64,000 nt of DNA from a virus: positions 32,001-96,000 of the IMG/VR virus record IMGVR_UViG_3300037247_001314; one strand, 5' to 3'. Positions 53,532 to 62,877 of the stretch are shown here, in pieces. A model generated the notes under the pieces. That model was not told where the DNA came from and searched no databases. It saw only the letters and a list, made by a program, of their open reading frames with translations. Every line of letters begins with the position of its first letter. Positions within the stretch are counted from its first letter, which is position 1. The translations under genes were made by a program, and so were the position numbers.

Positions 53532-54896
53532 TCAGCCGCGCATTTGTGTCTGCAACTGCTGGAGGCCTTGGGGCACCTGCTGTTGTTGCTGCTGGGGTTG
53601 TTGCATGTAGACCTGTCCCGGCGCAGTCGTGCCTGTGTGGCCTGGACCGTGTTGGAACGTCGTCGCCACAGGTTGCCCTTGTTGTGCTGGGTAGATGCCC
53701 CCAGGAGCCGGCTGCTGCGGGGGAAGTGCGGCATAGACCGGCTGACCTGGAGGCTGGCCCATGGTGGTCGGGTAACCACCGTAGGGATTTTGTGCTGGCG
53801 CGTTTGGCGCGGGCGAGTAAGCAGGTTGCTGCTGCGGAACCTGCATTTGTTGTTGGCCCTGCGGGAGCAGCATCGGTTGCTGCTGCGGCAACCCACCTTG
53901 CTGGCCTTGTGCAGCCAACTGTGCTTGTTCTTGCTGCACGAGCGCTGGCAGCTGCTGCGGAACAGGAAAGCCCATCGCAATGATGGCCTGGTACTGCTCG
54001 CCGAGCGTCGGCTGCTTCACAAACTTCGTGAGGTCGTACAAGTTCTGGAAGGCTGGATAGAAATACTGGTCGAGGGGCCGCGGATCGAGGTCGTCGATCG
54101 ACCAGTCGATGTCGAAGTTGTTGGAGCCCTTCTTCTTTTTCTTGAGGATGAGCGGGCGGCCGTATTGCGGGTGCACGATTCGCGCGAGCGTTCGCGTTTT
54201 AATCTTCTCCCAAATGTCGGTGTGCAGCCCGCCAGGAGCTCGGAAGAGCCACGGAACAAAGCGACCGTCTGGAGTGAAATGTGACTGGTAATGCTCCAGC
54301 AGAAGAATCTGGTAGATGGCTCGTTTGCTGAGCTTGCCCGCGTCCTGCGCTTTCTTGGCGTCAACCTCGCTGCCGGTCTTGAACATCGCATTGCGTGCAG
54401 CACAGACCCAGCACCCGTTGCCTGCGCAAGTGATGCCTGTGCCCTGCGGCTTCTCCTGCGTGCGGTAGAAATGCGACGGGTCGTCGACGTAGTTGAGCAT
54501 TCCAGCCGCCCACGGGGGGAGCAGCCAGATGACGTAGCTCGCCTCGTAGCCGATAGGAACGTTCGCTCCCCACTTCGGCTCGCCAGCGGGGCCAAGAGGT
54601 GAGAACCAATGCAGGTCGCCGCCGCCACCTTGGCCCGAGCGGATACGGGCGATGCGAGCTTGTTCCTCAGCCGCACGAGCGAACGCCTGCTGCACAAGCG
54701 CGTCGTCGGGCATATGGATGACGGGCATCATCCCCGCTTGCTGTTGGGGCTGTTGCTGCACCTGCTGAACGGGAGCCCACACGCCCGCCTGAGTCTGCTG
54801 CATCGGCACGGTCGCAGGCTGCGTGGGTTGCTGCTGCTGTGGATAACCGGTCGCGGGAGCACCCGGCTGGGGATACGGGTTGTAAGGCTGATTCAT
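53532..54896 (-). CDS. gp32-like single-stranded DNA-binding protein with Q/P-rich termini
   Basis: Core IWLLPP...HFY...C...CWVC...GRPLILKK; sits between recA and the UvsY-like gene. Confidence 0.72.
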   Translation of the reverse strand: MNQPYNPYPQPGAPATGYPQQQQPTQPATVPMQQTQAGVWAPVQQVQQQPQQQAGMMPVIHMPDDALVQQAFARAAEEQARIARIRSGQGGGGDLHWFSPLGPAGEPKWGANVPIGYEASYVIWLLPPWAAGMLNYVDDPSHFYRTQEKPQGTGITCAGNGCWVCAARNAMFKTGSEVDAKKAQDAGKLSKRAIYQILLLEHYQSHFTPDGRFVPWLFRAPGGLHTDIWEKIKTRTLARIVHPQYGRPLILKKKKKGSNNFDIDWSIDDLDPRPLDQYFYPAFQNLYDLTKFVKQPTLGEQYQAIIAMGFPVPQQLPALVQQEQAQLAAQGQQGGLPQQQPMLLPQGQQQMQVPQQQPAYSPAPNAPAQNPYGGYPTTMGQPPGQPVYAALPPQQPAPGGIYPAQQGQPVATTFQHGPGHTGTTAPGQVYMQQPQQQQQQVPQGLQQLQTQMRG

Positions 54897-54901
54897 CTGG
54901 T

Positions 54902-54942
54902 CCTCCTATTTAGTTACAACAACGGTTGAGCCTGGAGTGCAA
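54902..54942 (-). promoter_or_regulatory. Class II upstream element (divergent copy)
   Basis: TTGCACTCCAGG...GTTGTTGTAACTAAATAGGAGG. Confidence 0.6.
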
Positions 54943-54944
54943 CC

Positions 54945-55466
54945 TCAAATCGACATACCCGTCAAACTTTGATCGCTAGCGCGCCAAACCCACTTGTGGA
55001 GGTTCTCGCGCTTAGCTCGGAAAGCCGCAACTACGCCCTTGCACGAGTGTGCGGCTTCCTTCACTTCTTCCAGACGACGGTGAATAGGCGTGTACTCCTC
55101 ATGGCAGCGGTAAAGGTCCTCTAGCTGTGCCACAGTCACCTTCTTGCCCGTGGCCGGATGCTCGTCTGCCGCGTGGTCCAGACGGAAGCGAGATTTCCAG
55201 ATGGCATATTTGCGTTCTTGATGCTGGACCACGCGCTCGCATTGGGCCTCCAGACGGGACCACCACGCAACTTCTGCTGTGACTCGCTCACACTGACCGC
55301 CAAGGTCAAACTCCGAAATGCTCACAGCAGGAATCAGCGTGCTGCCCTCGACGCGCATGTGCGCGACGAGTTCGTCGGTGGCCTCGTCGATGAGATACGC
55401 GGTGAACGGTCGCATCTGCTGTAGGACCTTCATGTACTCGCTTGTCGTCGTCACGCCTCGATTCAT
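54945..55466 (-). CDS. UvsY-like recombination mediator
   Basis: Long helical hairpin, KKVTVAQLE...AFRAKRENL; SSB/RecA context. Confidence 0.6.
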   Translation of the reverse strand: MNRGVTTTSEYMKVLQQMRPFTAYLIDEATDELVAHMRVEGSTLIPAVSISEFDLGGQCERVTAEVAWWSRLEAQCERVVQHQERKYAIWKSRFRLDHAADEHPATGKKVTVAQLEDLYRCHEEYTPIHRRLEEVKEAAHSCKGVVAAFRAKRENLHKWVWRASDQSLTGMSI

Positions 55467-57421
55467 ATGGCTATCCCTCGTTTCTCGGCCCAGTTGGTGG
55501 TCATGACCTCAACGTCCGTCTCAGGCACGATGGGGCGGAACTCGTGGAAGTCCTCCATGATGTGCTTCACACCGCGCGAGATTTCTACGAAGTATTGAGA
55601 CGGCGTATCGATCTGAATCTCGTCGTGAATCGTCGAGCACGGCTTCATTCCAATGTTGTGCTGATGGTTCCACTTATGTAGACGGACGATGCTCTTTTTC
55701 ATCAGGTGCGCAGCTGTGCCCTGGATGAGCGTGCCAATAGCTTTTCGCTCAGCCCGCCCTCGCTGGTAGGCGTCGAGGTTCTTCATACCCGGCACACGTC
55801 GCGGGCGCCCGTACAGGTTTTGAAAAAAGCAATCGTTTTGACGCACGTGAGCCCAGAACTCGCGTCGGAATGGAGCGATGCGTGGGTACCGCTCGAAAAA
55901 TACGAGCATGAAAGCTTCAGCCTCAGCGAGCGGAATCTTCGCCTGCCGCGAGAACCCTTTGGCCGAAAGGCAATATGCCAGCCCAAAGTTGACAATCTTC
56001 GCGTCTCGGCGTTTCCCGTCAGGGCCCCCAACTTCCAGACGCGTACGCTCGTGAATGTCTTCGCCTTTGAGATAGACGTCGATCATCGTCGGGTCTTGGG
56101 AGTAATGAGCAAGAACGCGGAGCTCAATCTGCGAATAGTCGTAGTAACCTCGACTCCAGCCTTCACCGCGAACCACAAAAGCACGCTTCACAGACCATGG
56201 GTCAAAGCCCCCGTCCTCAAGGCTCTTGCCCGTATGTGCTATCGCGCGCTTGTCACTGTCGCCCGCAAAGTTCTGAAGATTGGGCGATGACGACGACAAC
56301 CGTCCAGTGTTGGTGCCCAGCTGGCGCAAGTCGCCGTGGAGTAATCCATCGTAGCCAATGCTTTTGAGAATACTGTCGGTGTACGTCGTAGAGATTTTGC
56401 GCGCCTGGCGCCACTGGAGGATAAGCTCCATCGCCGGATGGTCGTCGGCGAAATGCTCCAGCACTTCCTTATCCACCGACATCGCGCCCGTCTTTGTTTT
56501 CTTCCACATCTTGAGCCCAAGTCTTTGGCTCATGACGTGTCGGAGCTCGTCATCACTACCGAGGTTAAACTGGTAGCCGCCGAGCGCGTGCATTACCTGC
56601 GGCTCTAACTGGTCCTGAGCAGCCTCGGTGATGCGTTTTAGATGGTGGATGTAGTCCACGTCGAGAGGAAGCCCGTTTTCCTCCATCTCAATGAGCGCAC
56701 CCGTAAGGTCTATCTCTAGCTCGTACGTGCTCGCAAACTCAGTACGAACGTTTTTGGCGTCGTATAGCCGGGCAAGGTCCCAAGTAAACTCAGTGTCAAA
56801 ACAGGCGTAAATACCGGTCGTCTGGATGGGCAGCTGGCTATAACCAAAGCGGTCCTTGTATTCGGTCTTACCGTACGGCGACTCCTTTACACGCCGATTG
56901 ACCTCGTTATCGAGGATAGCCTCGTAAACAAGAGCGTCTGGACGTTGTAGATCCACCACTGCGCGCATCTTCAAAGCGAGCGGGACATTCTCGTCAGCAA
57001 GAGCCGCTTCGATCATCGTGTCGCGACGTGGGCCGAGCATGTCGATGCCGTCGGCGCGGACCATGTGCCAATCGAACTTGGTGTTGTGGCAAATCTTCTC
57101 GATGTTGGGGTTCTGGACAATGTCCCGACATCCCCTAAGCGCGAGCCCCTCGTCGAGCTGAAGCTCACCGGTCTGATGCCTGAAAGGGACGTACCAAGAC
57201 TGCAGCGCACCGTCGGGCGAGCAAGTGAACGAGTAGCCGCAGATGCGCGCGTGCCGGTACCAGGCTGTTCCAGACGTCTCCGTATCAAACGCCACAGACT
57301 TCTGCTGCAAAAGCACAGCCATCATCCACTGGAACTGTGACAGCGTCGTCACCACCTGACGACGCGGGTCGTTAGGCCGCGCGTGGTAGTCGAACGCTCG
57401 TGCTTGAATATAGAGCGACAA
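55463..57421 (-). CDS. polA: Family A DNA polymerase with 3'-5' exonuclease
   Basis: ExoI AFDTET, HNTKFD, TGRLSSSSPNLQN, motif A DYSQIELR, motif B RRDAKIVNFGLAY, motif C IHDE. Confidence 0.96.
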   Translation of the reverse strand: MSLYIQARAFDYHARPNDPRRQVVTTLSQFQWMMAVLLQQKSVAFDTETSGTAWYRHARICGYSFTCSPDGALQSWYVPFRHQTGELQLDEGLALRGCRDIVQNPNIEKICHNTKFDWHMVRADGIDMLGPRRDTMIEAALADENVPLALKMRAVVDLQRPDALVYEAILDNEVNRRVKESPYGKTEYKDRFGYSQLPIQTTGIYACFDTEFTWDLARLYDAKNVRTEFASTYELEIDLTGALIEMEENGLPLDVDYIHHLKRITEAAQDQLEPQVMHALGGYQFNLGSDDELRHVMSQRLGLKMWKKTKTGAMSVDKEVLEHFADDHPAMELILQWRQARKISTTYTDSILKSIGYDGLLHGDLRQLGTNTGRLSSSSPNLQNFAGDSDKRAIAHTGKSLEDGGFDPWSVKRAFVVRGEGWSRGYYDYSQIELRVLAHYSQDPTMIDVYLKGEDIHERTRLEVGGPDGKRRDAKIVNFGLAYCLSAKGFSRQAKIPLAEAEAFMLVFFERYPRIAPFRREFWAHVRQNDCFFQNLYGRPRRVPGMKNLDAYQRGRAERKAIGTLIQGTAAHLMKKSIVRLHKWNHQHNIGMKPCSTIHDEIQIDTPSQYFVEISRGVKHIMEDFHEFRPIVPETDVEVMTTNWAEKRGIAI

Positions 57422-57431
57422 ATGGCTCCCA

Positions 57432-57463
57432 ATAAAGAGGCCCGAGATTTCTCCCGGACCTCG
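57432..57463 (-). terminator. Intrinsic terminator or attenuator upstream of polA
   Basis: GAGGUCCGGGAG-AAA-UCUCGGGCCUC followed by UUUAUU. Confidence 0.65.
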
Positions 57464-57471
57464 TTAACAAG

Positions 57472-58629
57472 CTAGAGCTTCCAGAACTTCGGACTCGACC
57501 AGTTGGCCATCGCGCGGGTGCCCCCACCGTCCCCCTGGCGAGCGAAGTCCTTGGTACCGGTGATGTGCACGACGGTGGCGTAGAGAGTCTCGTATTTTCT
57601 ACCAGACATCTTGTAGCCGTCCCTGAGGACAGTCACCTTCCACTCCTTGCCCTCGTACACACGCTTCAAAACAGTGCCCGTCTTGAGTGCTGCAACTTTT
57701 GGAGAACGCGAACGCTCCCGAGCAAACCGAGACATCACCTCGCCAATACCTTTTTTCTTCGCGGGCGCTTTCTTGGGAGCCGTCTTCTTCGTCGCTGACG
57801 TTTTCTTGCTCACAGCCTTTTTCTTAGAGACAACCTTCTTCGCGACTTTCTTTTTGGCCACCACCTTTTTAGCCGCAACCGCCTTTTTCTTCGCGACAGT
57901 TTTCTTCTTCGCGGCTGCTTTCTTTTTAACAGGGGCCTTCTTCGCCGCTACTTTCTTCTTATTTCGGGACATACCCGTATCCTTCGCGTTCTCGTCCCCC
58001 ACGGTAACCTCGACGACAACAGTACCGTCTGGCAGCGAGAGTTCATCTGAATCCGATTCTTCCGCCGAAGAAACTTCTTTGGCGTCCTCGTCGCTGGCCC
58101 CACCTAGGACGAGCGAAAGGCCCCCACCCTCTGCGGGCTTCGTCTCAACGGTAGGTGGTTCTGGGGCAACGCCCTTTCGCTGTGCAGCAAGCGCCTCAGC
58201 GAGTTCTGGCGTTGGTTCAGCTTGAGGGCCAATAAGAGCCTCGATGGGGTTCCCTTCGACGTCCTCCCGCCACTTACCTGTCGGGTGCCCACCCTTGTTA
58301 CGCGCCAGCAAAGGAAGCAGTTTGCGACCCAGAGTGATGCCGTCGACACACTCTGCCCCCATCGCCTCAGCAACGTCAGCATCGTCTGCGGTTTGCCCGT
58401 TGTCGACGGCGCTCTTCCCGAGCTTCTGAGTTTCGATACCAGGGATTTTACGCGCAATAATCATAATGCAGCGGTCGCGCACAAGGCACGTTCCCATACA
58501 TACGCTCTCATCCCCCTCGTCGGTGTCGTCTTCAAAAGCCGAGCCGTAGCACTCGTACTCGCGTTGGATCTTCTTGTCGTTCCATTGCCGAGGGTCAAGA
58601 ACACGCGATTCATCTGCTTCATTAGCCAT
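57472..58629 (-). CDS. Histone H1-like K/A-rich protein with C-terminal DUF2924-like domain
   Basis: ~70-aa KKKAAAKKK tract; GTVLKRVYEG...YETLYATVVHITGT...WSSPKFW. Confidence 0.75.
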   Translation of the reverse strand: MANEADESRVLDPRQWNDKKIQREYECYGSAFEDDTDEGDESVCMGTCLVRDRCIMIIARKIPGIETQKLGKSAVDNGQTADDADVAEAMGAECVDGITLGRKLLPLLARNKGGHPTGKWREDVEGNPIEALIGPQAEPTPELAEALAAQRKGVAPEPPTVETKPAEGGGLSLVLGGASDEDAKEVSSAEESDSDELSLPDGTVVVEVTVGDENAKDTGMSRNKKKVAAKKAPVKKKAAAKKKTVAKKKAVAAKKVVAKKKVAKKVVSKKKAVSKKTSATKKTAPKKAPAKKKGIGEVMSRFARERSRSPKVAALKTGTVLKRVYEGKEWKVTVLRDGYKMSGRKYETLYATVVHITGTKDFARQGDGGGTRAMANWSSPKFWKL

Positions 58630-58639
58630 GGTGGTCCTT

Positions 58640-59251
58640 TCAGGCGAGCTCTGCCGCCGCAGCTTTGCGAGCTGAGGCAACTCTGTTGCGCCAGCCCTGG
58701 TATGAAATGCCGAGGTCAGCGCAAACTTCCTGCACCTCACCTCGAGCCCGCTGCAGCTCACCTCGGACACGTGGAATGCCTGGTGGGCTCAGCGCAACGA
58801 CATGCTTCAGCGTGTCTTTATGTCGGAGCGACAGTCGCGCGTCCAGACGCCGAAGGCAAGACCGATCTTCCAGACGATTACCCAAATCGAAAGGGGCGAT
58901 AGCGACGCAGGCAGCCCGCGGCGTGCCAGCACCGTCAAAATCATCCGCCTCAAAATCCTCCACCACTGGGGCCTGATGCGAAAAAGTGTCAGTTCGGCGG
59001 GATGCACGCCTGATGTTGCGCGCGTGGTTCCACATCGCTGTGTAAACATACTTGAGCGGGCGAGTGCGGTCCTCGTAAAGCACCTCACAAATCTTAAGAT
59101 GTATTTCTTGCTCCACATCTGCAAAAGACAACGCGCGAGCGTCCCTCCCGGACCGATTACGATTTCGAAACGCAAACCGGGCTACCTTCCGCACCTCCCA
59201 GGCAGACGGGTACACCGATGCCACCACGGGCACCTTCCTTTTCTTCAGCAT
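58640..59251 (-). CDS. Sigma70/ECF-like sigma factor
   Basis: Region 2 ADVEQEIHLKI...YVYTAMWNHARN; region 4 VQEVCADLGISYQGWRNRVASARK. Confidence 0.72.
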   Translation of the reverse strand: MLKKRKVPVVASVYPSAWEVRKVARFAFRNRNRSGRDARALSFADVEQEIHLKICEVLYEDRTRPLKYVYTAMWNHARNIRRASRRTDTFSHQAPVVEDFEADDFDGAGTPRAACVAIAPFDLGNRLEDRSCLRRLDARLSLRHKDTLKHVVALSPPGIPRVRGELQRARGEVQEVCADLGISYQGWRNRVASARKAAAAELA

Positions 59252-59312
59252 GTTTTTTCTTCTCCCTTTGCGGGACCGTTCGGCCCCTGTCGACGAGATA
59301 ACCCCGTCGATG

Positions 59313-59573
59313 TTAACTAAGCTCGGCTCTCGCCTCCTTGAGCTCTTTATTGAACTCTCTCTCAAGCACGTCCAGAACTGCCTTGGGTGCTTTCATGGTC
59401 TTTGCCAGCTGAACACCCTTGGTCAGAATGGACAAAACAAAAAACGAGTTGCGAGATACACCAGCGTCGACGAGAAGCCGGTCAATAGCTCTCTGGGCTT
59501 TCCGACCGAAGCGTATCGTCGTCTTCAATGCGACGTCTTGCCTGAGGGGCGTTAGTTTTTTTGGTGGGACCAT
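59313..59573 (-). CDS. Ribbon-helix-helix protein
   Basis: TTIRFGRKAQRAIDRL...GVSRNSFF. Confidence 0.65.
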   Translation of the reverse strand: MVPPKKLTPLRQDVALKTTIRFGRKAQRAIDRLLVDAGVSRNSFFVLSILTKGVQLAKTMKAPKAVLDVLEREFNKELKEARAELS

Positions 59574-59581
59574 GAGCTACC

Positions 59582-60643
59582 TCACAAAAGCAATGTGCCT
59601 GGTGAAAATGGCTGGGCGTGTGCGCGATAGGCATCGAGTTCGGCACGGCTGTAGTCGCCGGGGTCGCCCCGCGGCAGAAAAACTAAACGGACATCCATGA
59701 ATGCGGAGAGCTGACCCGCGGCTTGAATCATCGACTCCCAAGCCCCGCGGGGCTCCTTTGGTGTCGGGCCATCCCACATGAAATCGACCGCGCGCACACC
59801 AGCGTCGACGAGTCGCGCGATTTGCTGCGGTTGCAGTTGTTTGCCGAACGTCGCGACGGCTGAAGGGCCCGCGCGGATGCACGACGTCGGGCCCTCGGTG
59901 ATGCACACTCTCGGGTAGGCCGCGGCCTGTTCCAGGTTGAGCACCACATCGCCCGAACCGAAATACCAGATGCCGCCGCGCTCTTGGGACGGGTTGAGCG
60001 TCTTGCGAAACTTGTCCTTGCCGACAGTGCCGTCTTTGCGGGTGAACGGACGAGCCACGTGCTCGTCCTCGTCCCACATCGCTCTTGCCTGCCAATAGAT
60101 ACATTGCCCACGCTCCCAAACAGGAAACACCAGCCGATTAGCCAGCCATCCAGACGCACACCACCCAAGGCCAAAAAGCCTCGCATCTTCCAGCGTAATC
60201 TGTCTTTTGCTAAGGTAAGGCATACTGCCCGCGATAGCAAGCGTTCCATCTGGAAGACCTGTCGGGCATACTGCCGGGGGCGTTTTTTGTCCAGAGAGGA
60301 ACGAAGTTTCCGGGAGTTCCGTGGGTGAACCTAAAGCATGGCTCACAAACTCGGCGATGCGCTGGATAGCCTGGCTGGTGTTCAAGCCCTCCAACCACTT
60401 GACCAGACCGAGCGCGCGGCCGGCGCCGGCAATGGCGCGCTTCTTACCAAGGGCATCCACCAGATACTTCTCGCAGCGGAAGCAGCGCCAAAACCCCGTC
60501 GACGTGTTGATACTGAGCTTTGCGAGTCCGCATTTCGGGCAGCCCAGAAGCAGTTCGTTGCGCCCCTCACGCTCAGCCGCGAACCCCTGCAGGTACCGCT
60601 CGACGTCAAACCGCTGCAGCAGAAGGTCAAGGTTTTCTTTCAC
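59582..60643 (-). CDS. DNA primase (Zn finger plus TOPRIM)
   Basis: CPKC...CFRC, RLVFP, WQAR, ITEG, ATFGK, WDG, DPGD; GTG start at 60643. Confidence 0.88.
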   Translation of the reverse strand: MKENLDLLLQRFDVERYLQGFAAEREGRNELLLGCPKCGLAKLSINTSTGFWRCFRCEKYLVDALGKKRAIAGAGRALGLVKWLEGLNTSQAIQRIAEFVSHALGSPTELPETSFLSGQKTPPAVCPTGLPDGTLAIAGSMPYLSKRQITLEDARLFGLGWCASGWLANRLVFPVWERGQCIYWQARAMWDEDEHVARPFTRKDGTVGKDKFRKTLNPSQERGGIWYFGSGDVVLNLEQAAAYPRVCITEGPTSCIRAGPSAVATFGKQLQPQQIARLVDAGVRAVDFMWDGPTPKEPRGAWESMIQAAGQLSAFMDVRLVFLPRGDPGDYSRAELDAYRAHAQPFSPGTLLL

Positions 60644-60792
60644 CAGGCGCAGCGCCCGGCGCCCATGAGCATCAGCCAAATGACGTCGTCGTCAAATGGG
60701 TCCGGCTCTGCGGGGACAAGATACGTGAGGTCGTGCCAGACGAAGCTAACCCCAATCACCGCAGACTCGAAAAAACCTTTCTTTCGAGCCAT
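60640..60792 (-). CDS. 50-aa protein not in the ORF track
   Basis: MARKKGFFESAVIG...RCAW*; fills the helicase-primase gap with a GTGA overlap. Confidence 0.5.
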   Translation of the reverse strand: MARKKGFFESAVIGVSFVWHDLTYLVPAEPDPFDDDVIWLMLMGAGRCAW

Positions 60793-60794
60793 CG

Positions 60795-62264
60795 CTACAC
60801 CCCCTGCTTCTGCTGCCAGCTATTTACGCCACTAGAATAACCAAGCGGGTGCGTCGTCTGCACCGTCGTCGTCTGTAATGTGGCTGGCGCAGGCATCTCA
60901 CCACCGATTTTCATCCGTTGGAAATCACAAGGCACCAACATCTCAACGTCAGCCGCATTGTCCCGCAGAAGCTCAACATAAAGCCTCATGACCCCTTGAC
61001 GCCGTTCTTCACGCGTCTGGTTGATGGAGCCCACCATGTCAGCAATGCGCACCTTCGCGTAGCAGTCGGCGATGTGTTTGCTCTTGAGGATATCCTGGAT
61101 GTCGTCGAAGTCGTCGTCCTTCGGGCGCTGCACTTGGCTCGCCGTCCAAACCGCGTAGCCGCGGTTAGCCAGCGTCTTGCAGTCCTGGAATGAAGCCTTC
61201 TGACTGTCGGTGTCGCTTTTGTACCCGCCCGGTCGCGGTCGACCGTCGAGGAGGTCGCAGTAGTCGATGATGATGACGTCGGGCTTCCACCCGTGCGCCT
61301 GTTTAAGCTCGCGCATCTCATTCCAGATGTGCGTCATGTTGAAGTCCCACTCGTCAGTGAACGCGCGCACGACACACTGCTGCCTGAGCATCTGCATCTC
61401 TTGATAGGCCAGCGCATAACGGGGGGCGTCGATCTCTCCTCGACGGACGTTCGTGTAGAGCTCCTCAGTGAAGACGGTATCGTAGCGATCGGCGATGTAC
61501 TCGCCCGACCCTTCGAGCGGGATGTGCAGCACCTTTCGGTTGTACGCGCGCAGGGCCACCGCGCCCTTGTTAACGAGGAACGTCGTCTTGCCCGCCTTCG
61601 GCCTGGATAGCCACACGCCGAGAAATCCCGGGTGAGCTCCGCCGTCGAGCGTCTTGTCTAGGAGCGGAATGCCCGTACCCGTGTGTCTGCCCTGCATCTC
61701 CAGCGACTGACGACGGATGTGCCGGTCAGGAAGCTCGTCCATAAGCCATTGCCGGTCTGGGCTTTCCCACGCGACTGAATGCAGCGAGTCCATACGCGTT
61801 TGCATAAGGTCGTACGCGTCGTCGACCTTGCCCGCGTTGAACAAGTCGCGCGAGTCAATGAACGCGTCACGAAAAACCTGGCGCTTGATAAAATCCATCG
61901 TCTTGTCGCGTAACCAGGGCTCGTCAGTAACTGGGCGCTCGCGGACACCATTGAGCACAGCCGCAAAGATGGGCTGGATGTTGGCATCGAGGGTGCGCAC
62001 CTGGTCGAGGACCACGAGCAGCGTCGGGAACGTTCCGTACGTTTCCGAGTACCACTGCGCGAAACCAAAGGCCCACGCCATCGCCTCATTCTGAAAAAAC
62101 TTAGGCTGAAGGTACTTGGCCACCTGTCTGGCGAAGGCGCTGTCCTCTAGGAGAAGCCGGATGAGCATGCCCTGGAACACAACGCCAAATGCGCTACCGA
62201 GGTCTTCTGCTGCCGGCGTCGCTTGCGGGCGCTGCTGTATGAGAGTGACGGCGCGCCTATCCAT
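60795..62264 (-). CDS. DnaB-like replicative helicase
   Basis: TGIPLLD, Walker A RPKAGKT, LEG, IIIDY, VWTASQ. Confidence 0.9.
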   Translation of the reverse strand: MDRRAVTLIQQRPQATPAAEDLGSAFGVVFQGMLIRLLLEDSAFARQVAKYLQPKFFQNEAMAWAFGFAQWYSETYGTFPTLLVVLDQVRTLDANIQPIFAAVLNGVRERPVTDEPWLRDKTMDFIKRQVFRDAFIDSRDLFNAGKVDDAYDLMQTRMDSLHSVAWESPDRQWLMDELPDRHIRRQSLEMQGRHTGTGIPLLDKTLDGGAHPGFLGVWLSRPKAGKTTFLVNKGAVALRAYNRKVLHIPLEGSGEYIADRYDTVFTEELYTNVRRGEIDAPRYALAYQEMQMLRQQCVVRAFTDEWDFNMTHIWNEMRELKQAHGWKPDVIIIDYCDLLDGRPRPGGYKSDTDSQKASFQDCKTLANRGYAVWTASQVQRPKDDDFDDIQDILKSKHIADCYAKVRIADMVGSINQTREERRQGVMRLYVELLRDNAADVEMLVPCDFQRMKIGGEMPAPATLQTTTVQTTHPLGYSSGVNSWQQKQGV

Positions 62265-62877
62265 GAACTCTCCGCGAGATGGACTCTGCCTGTGACGACG
62301 ACAAACGCCCTTCACGCAAAGCCAAAATATCGAACATCACGTAGCTCTGAATCCGTATTGAGCATCGATCCCGCAGCGGGCACGCCCAGCACACCTTGGA
62401 CGCGGGGTGGAACCCCAGCGTGCGTTCCAAAACTTGTTCCAGACACTCTTGAGCTTTCCCCGTCTGGACATACTGGCGCTTCATCGCTTCGACTGTGTGG
62501 GCAAGGTCCCGGTTAGGATCGAAAGCCTGTTCGGCAGCGGCGTCGCGACCGGTCGCGCGCACCCGCCGCCCAAAAAAACCGATACCCCGCATTCGTCGAT
62601 AACGGAAAATCTGCTTCTCGCTCAGGAGGTGGCCGCGGAGCAAACTCGGTGCCCCCACCCAACTGCGATTCTTGAACAACGCAAACAGCCACAGCCGCGG
62701 CTCCAGCCGTTTTTCCCGGCACCATACGATAAGGTCGTCGAGAAGCGCGCGAAGCTCGGGGGTCATCTTCTTCGGTCCGATGCGAGCACCCTTGCCTTGC
62801 AGCGTATGGAAATGCTTCGTGAGGGTTCGGTAATAACTCCAATCTGCGAGCAGTTGAACCGCAAGATCGCTACTCAT
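62257..62877 (-). CDS. Replication-associated hypothetical protein with Cys cluster
   Basis: FHPASKVCWACPLRDRC; directly upstream of the helicase. Confidence 0.65.
   Translation of the reverse strand: MSSDLAVQLLADWSYYRTLTKHFHTLQGKGARIGPKKMTPELRALLDDLIVWCREKRLEPRLWLFALFKNRSWVGAPSLLRGHLLSEKQIFRYRRMRGIGFFGRRVRATGRDAAAEQAFDPNRDLAHTVEAMKRQYVQTGKAQECLEQVLERTLGFHPASKVCWACPLRDRCSIRIQSYVMFDILALREGRLSSSQAESISRRVHG

Noticed and set aside
52386-54284. Long plus-strand ORFs (e.g. 632 aa here, also 7239-8351, 10832-11881, 15770-16933)
   Set aside because: Antisense shadows of well-supported minus-strand genes in GC-rich DNA; no recognisable motifs or RBS.
6567-62264. Stop-codon recoding, inteins or introns in core genes
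   Set aside because: Terminase, polymerase, helicase, RecA and SbcCD are full length in the standard code, TAG/TGA/TAA all end genes, and no intein or homing-endonuclease insertions are visible.
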